A stretch of 64,000 bases of DNA from IMG/VR virus record IMGVR_UViG_3300046047_000046, positions 1 through 64,000 of that record. The stretch is one strand, 5' to 3'. The position numbers were made by a program, and so were the translations under genes. The DNA comes from an uncultured virus (IMG/VR IMGVR_UViG_3300046047_000046) (Duplodnaviria > Heunggongvirae > Uroviricota > Caudoviricetes > Crassvirales). Below the pieces are notes generated by a model, which searched no databases, was not told the DNA's origin, and saw only the letters and a list, made by a program, of their open reading frames with translations. Position 1 is the stretch's first letter, and every line of letters begins with the position of its first letter. Shown piece after piece: positions 18,701 through 28,324 of this stretch.

Positions 18701-21700
18701 ATGCCTATAATGATATAGCAAAGTTAATAGGTGAAGTATCTCCTCTTGATAATACTATGTCCTTTAGACAGAATGGTAATAACTATCAGTCTTATGCAGT
18801 ACCTAACTATGAAGGAACTATGATTAAGCAGCTCTCATTAGGCTATGAAGATAATGAAAGAAGGAATGCTTATATAGAAAAAGAGTTCAGGGCATTTGAT
18901 TGGTTCTATACTAAAGATGATAATGGTGGTGGAGTATGGCATAATAAGTGGCTAGAATTACTTACAGACAATGATAGAAGTGATGAAGTAAGAAGAATGT
19001 TTGCTTCTAAAGACATGGATAATATTGATGATACTCTATATGAGAATTGGACAGGTAAGCAAATTAAGAAAGCCTTTCTTAAAGAGTACTTTGCAATACC
19101 TCATAATAGTAACAGACACTTTGACTATGCTTGGTATAGTTTTCCTATATATGCAGATAGCAAGATGAGTACCTTTGTAAGAATGCCGAAGTTTACAGGA
19201 AGTGCTTATAAGGAAACTCTTAAGCCTATGTTTACAGAGGTAGTCATGCAGGAGTTAAAGAGAATGGGATTAGTACAAAGGAGAGCAGAAAAGGGAGCTT
19301 CTCCTATGCAGAATTTTGATAAGGCAGGAAATAAGTTCTGCTTTTTCCCAGAATTGAATGATATTATAATAGATAACAAGTCCTTCTTAGAAATCTGTAC
19401 TGAGTTTAAGAGAACAAATGATATAGATGGTCTTAAAGCATTCATAGGAAATCAAATAGAGAAAGTACTTAATGATAGATTTACTGATTATATTAAGCAG
19501 GAAGAGTTTGATACTTTAGATATTGGTGAAATTGGAGGTGTTATTGGTTCTAATAAAGAAGAGGATGTACTTAATGCCATGGAAGAATACTTTTGGAATC
19601 AGACTTTTGCTACTTCTCAGATAATAGAAATGACAGTTACTGACCTTGCATTCTATAAGGATGATGCAGGTATTGACTTCCAAAAGAGATTCAAAGAAGT
19701 ATATGCAGCAGGTACTAAGCTCAATACTAATTCAAGATATGGCAGAAAGACTGAAAAGACAATATATCTGAAAGACCTTATAATGACCTCTGCAACTTAT
19801 GCACAGAAGAAATCTTTTCTTGATACAGCAGTAAAAGAAGGTAGAATTACAAGCATGGACAGGGATAATATCCTTAATAAGTTCCAGAATATCAATGCTA
19901 CTGATGCACAGGCATTCAGGAGTTTAGCTTCTTATAGAGCTATTCTTGATATGCAGGGAATGTGGAAAGATGAAATGCAGGAAACCTTTGACAGACTTGA
20001 GAATAATACATGGACTATGGCAGACTTTAATACTATCTGGCAGACTATAAAGCCATTCATGTACACTCAGGTGAGTACAGATGATGGGTTAGGAGGTAAG
20101 ATAAAAGTAGGGCATCAGAATAAAAACTCTGAGTTCTTACTGTTAGCTACCTATCAGATGTTTAATAGTCTTGCAGGTAAGTCAGACTTAATGAGAGCTG
20201 TAAGTACCTTTATGAAGGAGTATGATATTGATGTAGTGCAATATGAATCTGCTGTTAAAGTAGGAGGTCAGGGTATCATAGACCTTAATTATAGTGGTGA
20301 AAAAGCAGGTAATGCTATTGAAAAGAAAGAATTTAGCACTAAAGATGGTCATAAATATACTCTACCAGATAGCATTAAATCATTTGATGATATTAAGGCA
20401 TACTTTGACAAGGAGCTTAATGATGGTAATATAGAACAGAAGGATTATAATAATATAATAGACTATTTTACTCCTGACTTTAATGAAGTATATTCTACTC
20501 TTAAAGAAGAAGTTACTACTAATAAGCATTATGAAACTGATGTACTTAAAGTAGATGGGGATAATAAAAAGACCTATAATACTTCTGTAGTACATGAACT
20601 TCCTTATGATGATTATATGGTAGCACAGGCTAATCCTGAACATCTTTTAGATGCTAAAGCTGTATTTGGTTCTCAGTTCAGGAATATCATTCTTTCAAAT
20701 ATTACAGATGAAACAGAGGTAGAATTACCAAGTGGGGAAAAGCTTAAAGGCAAGGCTATATTAGAGGCTTATCAGTCATGTATAGTATCTAATTTACTTG
20801 ATGATGCAGAGAAACTTACAGGTGAAATAAATAGCATTGAAGACTTACAGGATAGAATGCTCAGTATAGTAAAAGGTAATGATAAATATGGTAAAGATAT
20901 ACTTGATGCTCTTCAGATAGTTACAGTTACTGATAAGGATGGTAATAAGGAGAAAGTATTTAATATGCCTTTACATAGTCTTAGTACTACTATAAAGATA
21001 CAGGAGATTATAAACTCTATGTTTAAGAATGCTGTAACTAAGCAGAGTATTAAAGGTGGTACTTGTGTACTTGTATCTGATGTAGGATATACTAAAGAGC
21101 TTCATTTACTACAGGATAAAGATGGTAGAGTACAATATGCTCAATGCTATTTACCTGCATTCAGTAAGAAGTTCTATGAACCTTTCCTAAAAGATGTGTA
21201 TAAGAAAGACAGCAGAGGCAATGATACTGATGAAGTAATAGGTAAAGAGATAGACATAGAAAAACTTAGAAATGCTGACCCAGCAATGCTCAAATTAATA
21301 GGTTATAGAATACCTACAGAGTCTAAGTACTCTATGATTCCTCTGCTTATTAAGGGCTTCTTACCTCAGGAGAATGGCTCTTCAATAATGCTTCCTTCAG
21401 ATATGACTACTATAGCAGGATGGGACTTTGATGTTGATAAACTATTCTTAATGATACCTGAATTTCAACTTGAGAAAAGCTATGATATTAAGAAGGCATG
21501 GCATGATTTCTATAAAGCTAATCCTGATACAGGTAAAGAGGACTCAAACTTAGTACGTGAATTTAATGAGAATGTAGAAAGTACTAAAGAAAGTCATAAA
21601 GGAGAAATTCTTGATATTGAAAATGAGGAAACATTTAATAATTTCTTCAATCTCTATCTTAAGAAGATGAAAGAACAAGGCCTTAAGAGAAATAGCCTTG

Positions 21701-24204
21701 ATGGTGTCAAGAAAGAATTTAGTGACTGGTTTAAAAAGAATAAAAAGAATTATATTACTTCTGAAACTTATAAGAAAGTTCAATATGACAATAATAAGCC
21801 AGCATTAAATAATAGTAGACAGCAAAGAAATAATAGAATAATAGATTTAGCTACTGCTATACTTCAGAGTAAAACAGGTGCTGAGGAAATAATGAGACCT
21901 GGAAATTTTGATAACATAGAATTAGAGTCGAGAATAGCTGATATTATAACAGATAAAGATTTACTTGAATCATTCCTAAGTTCACTAGGTATAAATAGTA
22001 ATGAATTAAATAAGGACTCTTATGATAAAATTATAAAAGAACTTATTAAAGAGGGAGCAAATAAAAGACTTAAGGATTTTATTAAGAAACATAAACAGAA
22101 GAAGTCTCCTCTTACTCCTCAGACCTTCATTTATAATCATAAGCAGAATATGGTAAGTAAGGCTCTTATAGGTATATATGCTAATAATACAACAGGACAG
22201 GCAAAATATCAAGGAACTGATTTAGCTATAGATAATAAGTATGTATTTGAGATTAATGGTAGAAAAATACAAAGTCTACATGATATATACACTATTATTA
22301 ATGATAAGAGAATAAAGATTTCTGATAATAATGCAGAATTTTCAGCAGCTTCTGTTGATGGTGTAAAGAATCCTGTGCTTGCTAAACTTATGCAGAATAA
22401 AAATACAGCAAGCATAACCTGTTTTATGCTTAGAAGTGGAATGAGTATAAGGGAAATATCTCTGTTATTTAATAGCCCTATAGTGAAGAAAGTAATAGAT
22501 ATTGATGGAGACCTTTCAAATTTAGAGAAGTATATAAAGGCAAGTATTGATGCATACAATGGTGTTAGGGATAATCCAAAAGTTACTTTTAAAGATATTA
22601 AAATAACTAATAGAGGACTTTTAACAACTATTATTAATGATACTTTACCTAAGTATAAATATACACCACAGACACTATCTTATAATATAGCTGCTGCAAT
22701 GAAAATGTTACATATATATAATATGAGTCAGGATTTATCTGACCTTACTAGAATAACAAGAGCAGATTCACCTAATGGAGCTATAGGAAGAAGTCTTGCA
22801 ATAGCAAAGAAGCAGACAATGGATGTAGAGCTATTTAATGAAAAATCAAGAGCTGGATTATTATATCTTACAGGAACAGAAGGCATTATAGCAAATAATG
22901 TAGTTTCCCAAAAGATGGGTAAAATAGAAAAACTACAAAGATTCATGTCATCTAAAATACCTATGCTACAAGCTATGTATTCATTAGGAATAGAGCTAGG
23001 ACTTGAGATAGATAAAAAGTATTTTGTACAGCTTTCTGATTATGCAGACTCTATGCTTAATGCATTATTTATTAATAGCCCACATGATACTGTAGATGTA
23101 GGTATAATTGAGAAATTCTACTCAGAGCTTATTACTTTTGGTCTTAGTGATACTACCTTACTTGGAGATGATCCTGATAATGGAGAAACCTATGAAGGAA
23201 AAAGAGATTACTACCTTTATAAGTTCCCACAGGATTTATTTAAAAAGCTTAGTAAAGAAGAAAATAAGGATATAGCTTCTTTAAGTGCTATAAGACTTCT
23301 TGAGATAAAGGATGGTAAGCTGATTATAAATGAATCTGCAAGAGTAAATGACCTTATGAAGCAAATGCTTATGAGTGATTTTGACAATCTTCTTTATATG
23401 AGTGGGGAAAAAGCTAAAGATGCTCAAGAAATAGCAGTAGACTTACTAAGATATGTTTATTATAGTGAGGGAACTCAGTTTGGTCCTAATAGTATAGGTA
23501 ATCTATTAAGTACTACATTCTATACAAGTTTCCCAGAGTATGTAAAATGTCTTAGAGATATGGAAGGCAGTATAATTGAAAATAAAAAATGGAGTAAATT
23601 TCTACCCTTATTTTATTTAAATAACTATATAGGCATAACTTCTAAAGGAGTATTAAGGCAGTTTGTTCCTAGATTCAAACTTAACACAGATGATATAAAT
23701 GGTGATGGAATAATTACTGTTGATACTGAGAAAGCCACCTCTGATTTAGGAGTACAATATGAATATATTAAATTAGATTCTGACTCAGGTGAATTGCTGC
23801 TTAAAAACACTCATAATTCTGATAATTCAGATTTAGTAGAGTATTCAAGAGTAAAAACCCCTGATACAAATGGTATTCCTTATTATAATATTAATGGTAG
23901 TATAAGTGATATGCAAAAGTATAAAAGAAAGACATATGAAAGTAGTAAGGTAGAGCAAATGCAGAATACTGCTAAGTCACTTGATGAAAATAATGATAAT
24001 GCTACTATAGGTAATAACAGTATTAATGCAGATAGCTTTACTATGAGTGTAGACTCATCAGAAATGGTAAGTACACTGCAAAATGGAGGTATAGATAATC
24101 TGGAAAGTTTTAATAAAAAACTTGCAAGTGCTACAGGGGATGAGACTATTGAAGGTTCTGCTACTAATTATCAAAATCATAGAAATGCTGCAAACTTTTG
24201 TTAA
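15703..24204 (+). CDS. Giant virion-packaged RNA polymerase (catalytic polypeptide)
   Basis: GYRIPT...AGWDFDVDKL metal-binding motif; ATDAQ, SAVKVG, GSQFR blocks; start moved to ATG 15703 because the listed TTG lies inside the promoter. Confidence 0.9.
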   Translation: MGQSCTIIPDSTLKEYAQSIGIPKETANMLYGKIIDKHIKGNRTDNKVTEKELRDEYIASDDFHKLPDNYNIEESNKTVVSEDSNKMIEANHSLISYADNDMSSMTLNKVESLDFYLNKVLPKEYQTQFFKDSLNEISKKGAFIKYYEIFREEATSNILQNNGKEVASTISDIAAYRASQYIKALSANKQSHTKFFDIQGYFNITPIQSVDKKASIKSSIATQFIGFGEGIANSSTESYRKQAGEYANTGHYSSNDVIFISIVGKRGDAITRKEQQDKTIKEALKAIAAGATLITDNKAYTDSSDYNEGEKRLAKNLEAEGYTYSETIVSGQTLGVWTNNGDKRDILELANKKFKERSTSAIKEQSSNIYSQLGSKTKSENIELVSWGSLKNLTSPLTSNGEIVATRLKGDTSANFGNTFTPDSKIKRNNKLLTLVNNTKEAVTKYIEAVLYSNDSHYKWIREQIQSGNLKGKKILYYTELNEPSHATALDWLINSKDSPLNINNQNSSKLEEQSSLPDIKTPKEASAYVSPDKDTPRAKLGRDMSPIEIYNRKLKLARDFSGKINIALRKQIREAQDRLNALDVNDPDYAKKSEDINNEIKALRDSEQGRRQLLTTTLKPEDIFNMMREDYKEIVNYSDEDLEDAYGKDWRHVKEGYIKILNNFDALVEESMPLVEHAEKFKVITKRIDNKKGRDTLSGETKDSQDLTDTEEAENGDDENGKRVNGSEGWSENIRFQDSYDTQRAETRQVLSNIMEVKIDSDGREVTQTDDLQEPKYLREDYAHAVMLSELAPMLINPDDFSTKTKKEDGTYEYTLPALDKLVKKYPWMGQVEVRLLHDPRLISIFYNDMRKDFVPRWMQRDNKTFPLNMELPVKSMLKGVSTAYTLSTYFTKTPIYGSNFTVNSTNAKKVNDNLTLLAKEVAKAKKQNILLSNEVYDGIAYTLASVGFDISVDSLKALSLNGLRDVCNDLGSILDIAEKGNIDLNGLMQNTLNMKKQNAYNDIAKLIGEVSPLDNTMSFRQNGNNYQSYAVPNYEGTMIKQLSLGYEDNERRNAYIEKEFRAFDWFYTKDDNGGGVWHNKWLELLTDNDRSDEVRRMFASKDMDNIDDTLYENWTGKQIKKAFLKEYFAIPHNSNRHFDYAWYSFPIYADSKMSTFVRMPKFTGSAYKETLKPMFTEVVMQELKRMGLVQRRAEKGASPMQNFDKAGNKFCFFPELNDIIIDNKSFLEICTEFKRTNDIDGLKAFIGNQIEKVLNDRFTDYIKQEEFDTLDIGEIGGVIGSNKEEDVLNAMEEYFWNQTFATSQIIEMTVTDLAFYKDDAGIDFQKRFKEVYAAGTKLNTNSRYGRKTEKTIYLKDLIMTSATYAQKKSFLDTAVKEGRITSMDRDNILNKFQNINATDAQAFRSLASYRAILDMQGMWKDEMQETFDRLENNTWTMADFNTIWQTIKPFMYTQVSTDDGLGGKIKVGHQNKNSEFLLLATYQMFNSLAGKSDLMRAVSTFMKEYDIDVVQYESAVKVGGQGIIDLNYSGEKAGNAIEKKEFSTKDGHKYTLPDSIKSFDDIKAYFDKELNDGNIEQKDYNNIIDYFTPDFNEVYSTLKEEVTTNKHYETDVLKVDGDNKKTYNTSVVHELPYDDYMVAQANPEHLLDAKAVFGSQFRNIILSNITDETEVELPSGEKLKGKAILEAYQSCIVSNLLDDAEKLTGEINSIEDLQDRMLSIVKGNDKYGKDILDALQIVTVTDKDGNKEKVFNMPLHSLSTTIKIQEIINSMFKNAVTKQSIKGGTCVLVSDVGYTKELHLLQDKDGRVQYAQCYLPAFSKKFYEPFLKDVYKKDSRGNDTDEVIGKEIDIEKLRNADPAMLKLIGYRIPTESKYSMIPLLIKGFLPQENGSSIMLPSDMTTIAGWDFDVDKLFLMIPEFQLEKSYDIKKAWHDFYKANPDTGKEDSNLVREFNENVESTKESHKGEILDIENEETFNNFFNLYLKKMKEQGLKRNSLDGVKKEFSDWFKKNKKNYITSETYKKVQYDNNKPALNNSRQQRNNRIIDLATAILQSKTGAEEIMRPGNFDNIELESRIADIITDKDLLESFLSSLGINSNELNKDSYDKIIKELIKEGANKRLKDFIKKHKQKKSPLTPQTFIYNHKQNMVSKALIGIYANNTTGQAKYQGTDLAIDNKYVFEINGRKIQSLHDIYTIINDKRIKISDNNAEFSAASVDGVKNPVLAKLMQNKNTASITCFMLRSGMSIREISLLFNSPIVKKVIDIDGDLSNLEKYIKASIDAYNGVRDNPKVTFKDIKITNRGLLTTIINDTLPKYKYTPQTLSYNIAAAMKMLHIYNMSQDLSDLTRITRADSPNGAIGRSLAIAKKQTMDVELFNEKSRAGLLYLTGTEGIIANNVVSQKMGKIEKLQRFMSSKIPMLQAMYSLGIELGLEIDKKYFVQLSDYADSMLNALFINSPHDTVDVGIIEKFYSELITFGLSDTTLLGDDPDNGETYEGKRDYYLYKFPQDLFKKLSKEENKDIASLSAIRLLEIKDGKLIINESARVNDLMKQMLMSDFDNLLYMSGEKAKDAQEIAVDLLRYVYYSEGTQFGPNSIGNLLSTTFYTSFPEYVKCLRDMEGSIIENKKWSKFLPLFYLNNYIGITSKGVLRQFVPRFKLNTDDINGDGIITVDTEKATSDLGVQYEYIKLDSDSGELLLKNTHNSDNSDLVEYSRVKTPDTNGIPYYNINGSISDMQKYKRKTYESSKVEQMQNTAKSLDENNDNATIGNNSINADSFTMSVDSSEMVSTLQNGGIDNLESFNKKLASATGDETIEGSATNYQNHRNAANFC

Positions 24205-24228
24205 ATGAATAATTATAATTAATAAAAT

Positions 24229-27200
24229 ATGGCTTCATGTGTATATGCTCCTAAAAAGGGAGTAAAAACTTTTTATAAATTGAAGAGTAACTTTGGCTAT
24301 AGCAGTGCTTGTAAAATATATAATATAAGTACTAACCCAAAGTTTATTCAGGACTTTAAGGACACTCTCAGCTTAGATGCTGAGGGTGTTCCTACATATG
24401 CTTCTCTTATGAAAAACTCTGTAATAAAAAATTTTCTTGGTAAGGATACAGTAATAAGAGAATTAAATAAGCATTTCCCTAAAAGGGATGACACTATTGA
24501 TAATTATAAATTAGCTTTAGTTGATGCTCTTAATTTCAATAGGACTGATGAGAACAGTGATAAATATGTTGCTACTGTTGAAACTAATGATGATGGTAAA
24601 ATAGCAGTCTCTGTTAAAGAGAAGACTGCTGAAACTGCTAAAGAAGCTGCTGGGCAACAGGCTACAAGAGTACTTAATGATAAGATAGTATCTATACTTG
24701 AACCTTTAGGAGTAAACATAGGTATGCTTACTGATGAGGAAGTGGGTGCAGGTAGAGTTGGTGTAACTGACTTTTCTACAGCAAAAAGAATTGCAGAAGA
24801 TATAGTATCTATGATAAAACTTGCTAATAATACTGAGGGATATAAAGCCCTTAGTGAGGAGTTTTCACATCTTATTATAGGAGCTATGAGAACAGAGCCT
24901 CTTATAAGTAGGTCAATAAAAAGTCTTGCTGATAATCCTGATGTCCTTATGAATATATTAGGAGAAGATGATTATTATGATACTCTTAATTACTATGAGG
25001 GTTATGATAATGCTATGCAGTTAGTAGCAGAGGAAGCTTTAGGAAGGCTTCTTCAAACTAGTTTAAAAGAGCAGTTAAGTGAGAAAACACAACCAAGTAA
25101 TTTACTTAGAAGAGCATTTAATTATATTGTAAATAAGTTCAAGAAAATGAACTTCAATGATGTAGAAAGGTCTATAAGTGATGCACAGATAGTTATGAAT
25201 ACCATGGCTGAGAAGATAATGTCAGGTACCTTTATGCTTTCTAAAGAAAATATAGCAAAGAGTCAGAGAGAAGCTAGCTTTAATGCTCTCAGTAAAAAAA
25301 TACAAAGAAATATAGACATACTTAATAATGCTATTAATACTGAAGTTAAGAGATATAAGATAACTAATCCTACATCTGAAAGAAAAGAAGCTATTAAAAA
25401 GGATATAGATGCATTAAAGAAACAAGCAGCAGATAAAGAGCATACAGTATTAGGACTTTTAAATTATGCTAAACAAGCAGTAGATTCATTCAAGTCATCT
25501 TCTTTAGTACTTGATAATATAGGTACAGAAACTGATATTCCTAAAAAATTTAAGACCCTTAGAGGTATAAGAGTAACTATTGATTCATATAGTAAGTTTA
25601 TAAAAGAACTTAATGATGCTTATAATGAGGAAACTGATGAAGATAGTGATTTTAAGAAAGAATTTACTGTAGAAACTCCTTTAGGAAAAGAAGTACTTAA
25701 TATGAGTGAACTTATAAAAGACTTAAATACACAGTCACAACTCTTGACAAGTAAATATCTTAAAACCGTCTTACCTGCATTTGCACAATACCTTGAGCCT
25801 ATATTAGGGAAGAAAATAGCTACATCAATGAAAGATAGTGCAGGTAATGAAATTACAGTAGAAGAACTTCTTACAAAGGCAAGCAGTGATATATCATTTT
25901 TAGATAGATGGCTTGATTCTATGGCTGATAGTTCAGATGTATTATTACAGGCATTTGATGAAGTATATAAGAGAGCTGTTGATAAATCAAGACTTGAAAG
26001 TATTAAGGAATTTAAGGAAATACAGGCACTTAGACAAGAAGCAGAATCCTATGGAATAACCTCATATGAATGGATGTTTGAAAGGGATAAAGAAGGAAAT
26101 AAAACAGGTAATTATATAAGTGAAATAAATTCAACACAGTACTATAAAGACTTAAAAGATGAATCTGATAAGCTTGATAAAAAATATGGCAAGAATCCTA
26201 CAGATAAGGATAAAGTAAGTGCTAAAGCAGAAGAGAGAAAAGCATGGTTAAGAGAACATGCAGTCAGAGGTATTGATGGAAGATATTATGCAAATCCAAG
26301 AGTATATCATAATAGAGATTTTAATAAATTAACTGCACACCAGAAGATTATATGGAAAAAATTTCTTGAGTTTAAAGCTAAACATGATATTAAGTACTCA
26401 GAGGACACTAATAATCTTAAGGCTATACAGATAAGAAAAGATGGTATTCAAAGATTTATAGACTCAGCTTCTTCACCAAGTTCTATATGGACTAATATAA
26501 AAGATAATATAGCAAGTACCTTCTTAGAAAGAGCTGATGATGACTCTATCTATGGTGATAAGTCAAGAAGAGGTCTTACTGACTTTAATGGTAAAGAGTT
26601 TATGGTGTTACCTAAATTATATACTAATTCATTAGAAAATTCCAATGAACTTTCTACTGATATATTTGGTACTTTAATAGCATATACTGCTTCTACAAAT
26701 AACTATGAGGAACTTGATAAGATAGTAGACCCTCTTGAAACAGGAAGAACACTAGTTCAAGAAGCAAGACAGGTACAGAGTACAAGAGGAAATAAGATAG
26801 TTAATGAAACCTTTAAAGCAGCAGGAGTTGAAGTTAAAAATACTGTGTTTGACCCTAAGGGAACTAATATAGAAAAGAAGCTGAATGACTTTATGGAATC
26901 TCAGATTTATCATAAATACTTAAAGGATTCAGGTACATTTGATGTATTTAAGAAAGCAGTTAATAAAAATAAACTTACTAGTTGGTTCTTAGGATTATCC
27001 TCAACAGCACAACTTGGATTTAACTTCTTAGCTAATGAAGCTAATGTTGCTACTGGTGTGAGTATGCAGAATATAGAAGCAGCAGCAGGAGAATACTTTA
27101 CTGCAAAAGAATTACTTATTGCTGACAAAGAATATACAAAGTATATAGGAGCTTTTGTAAGTGAGCTTGGAAGTAGAAATAAAAAAAGTAAATTAGCTCT

Positions 27201-28239
27201 ATTTGATGAGCTTTTTGATATAAGACAGAACTTTAGTAAGAGTGGTTCTCATAAGAACATGAGAAGTAATTGGGTAGCAAGATTATTTGGTGAAGATATA
27301 CAGTTCATAGGGCAGGATGGTGGAGATCATTGGTTATATAATAGAACTGCAATAGCTATGGCTAAACATGAAAAAGTTAAAGTTCCAGGCAAAGGAACTA
27401 TATCCTTGTGGGATGCTCTAACTATAAGTAATGTATTTAAAGATAATAATAGCATTAAACAGATGACCATTCCTGAAGGAACTACTACTGCTAATGGTGA
27501 ACTCTTTGATATACATAAATTTACAAGGAAAGTAGCTCATGTAAATCAGACTCTGTTTGGTATTTATAATGATGAAGATAGAATGGCTGCCAATAGAGTT
27601 ATTATGGGCAGACTTATAATGCAGTATAGAAAATGGATGAAACCTCAATTTAATAAGAGATTTCAAAAAGCACAGTATTCAATATCTACTGAACAATGGG
27701 AAGAAGGATATTATGTTACATTTGCAAAAATGATAAATAATCTTGTTAGAGGTAAAGTTCAATTAGGAGAGCAATGGCATAATATGTCAAACCATGAGAA
27801 AGCTAATATAAAAAGAGTTCTTGCAGAAGTAGCACAATTCTTTGCTGTCTGGCTTCTTGCTAATATTATTGAATGGCCTGATGATAAAAAGAGACCATGG
27901 GCTATGAAATTTGCAGAATACTCAAGTAAGAGACTAGTGCATGAGTTAGGTAATCTTACTCCAAGTACTACAATGGCTAATGAAATATTAAAAACAGTGC
28001 AATCTCCTGCTGCCTCTATAAGTATGGTTAATAATATAGTTAATCTTATAGGTAGTGCAATAGACCCAAGAGACTGGACTAATGAGATTTCTACAGGACC
28101 ATATAAAGGTTATAGTACATTTGAGAAGAATTTATACAGGGCACCAATTCCAGGAGTTATGCAATATAAGCAGGTTGATAAATTTGTTAATGAGATTGAT
28201 AATAGTATTCAATTTTATGCAAGACCTTCAGGGTATTAA
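24229..28239 (+). CDS. Large ejected/RNAP-associated virion protein with a zincin-like segment
   Basis: 1336 aa following the RNAP gene; EEFSHL...AEEALG; N-terminus MASC resembles RNAP MGQSC. Confidence 0.7.
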   Translation: MASCVYAPKKGVKTFYKLKSNFGYSSACKIYNISTNPKFIQDFKDTLSLDAEGVPTYASLMKNSVIKNFLGKDTVIRELNKHFPKRDDTIDNYKLALVDALNFNRTDENSDKYVATVETNDDGKIAVSVKEKTAETAKEAAGQQATRVLNDKIVSILEPLGVNIGMLTDEEVGAGRVGVTDFSTAKRIAEDIVSMIKLANNTEGYKALSEEFSHLIIGAMRTEPLISRSIKSLADNPDVLMNILGEDDYYDTLNYYEGYDNAMQLVAEEALGRLLQTSLKEQLSEKTQPSNLLRRAFNYIVNKFKKMNFNDVERSISDAQIVMNTMAEKIMSGTFMLSKENIAKSQREASFNALSKKIQRNIDILNNAINTEVKRYKITNPTSERKEAIKKDIDALKKQAADKEHTVLGLLNYAKQAVDSFKSSSLVLDNIGTETDIPKKFKTLRGIRVTIDSYSKFIKELNDAYNEETDEDSDFKKEFTVETPLGKEVLNMSELIKDLNTQSQLLTSKYLKTVLPAFAQYLEPILGKKIATSMKDSAGNEITVEELLTKASSDISFLDRWLDSMADSSDVLLQAFDEVYKRAVDKSRLESIKEFKEIQALRQEAESYGITSYEWMFERDKEGNKTGNYISEINSTQYYKDLKDESDKLDKKYGKNPTDKDKVSAKAEERKAWLREHAVRGIDGRYYANPRVYHNRDFNKLTAHQKIIWKKFLEFKAKHDIKYSEDTNNLKAIQIRKDGIQRFIDSASSPSSIWTNIKDNIASTFLERADDDSIYGDKSRRGLTDFNGKEFMVLPKLYTNSLENSNELSTDIFGTLIAYTASTNNYEELDKIVDPLETGRTLVQEARQVQSTRGNKIVNETFKAAGVEVKNTVFDPKGTNIEKKLNDFMESQIYHKYLKDSGTFDVFKKAVNKNKLTSWFLGLSSTAQLGFNFLANEANVATGVSMQNIEAAAGEYFTAKELLIADKEYTKYIGAFVSELGSRNKKSKLALFDELFDIRQNFSKSGSHKNMRSNWVARLFGEDIQFIGQDGGDHWLYNRTAIAMAKHEKVKVPGKGTISLWDALTISNVFKDNNSIKQMTIPEGTTTANGELFDIHKFTRKVAHVNQTLFGIYNDEDRMAANRVIMGRLIMQYRKWMKPQFNKRFQKAQYSISTEQWEEGYYVTFAKMINNLVRGKVQLGEQWHNMSNHEKANIKRVLAEVAQFFAVWLLANIIEWPDDKKRPWAMKFAEYSSKRLVHELGNLTPSTTMANEILKTVQSPAASISMVNNIVNLIGSAIDPRDWTNEISTGPYKGYSTFEKNLYRAPIPGVMQYKQVDKFVNEIDNSIQFYARPSGY

Positions 28240-28264
28240 TTATTAAGTCTTTATAAGACTATAC

Positions 28265-28309
28265 AAAATAGGGGATATACTTTAATTAGTATATCCCCTT
28301 ATTTTTTTT
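28265..28309. terminator. Bidirectional terminator between convergent gene blocks
   Basis: aggggatatact-ttaatt-agtatatcccct perfect 12-bp stem, T8 on the right, A4 on the left. Confidence 0.88.
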
Positions 28310-28324
28310 ATTCTCTTATTATAT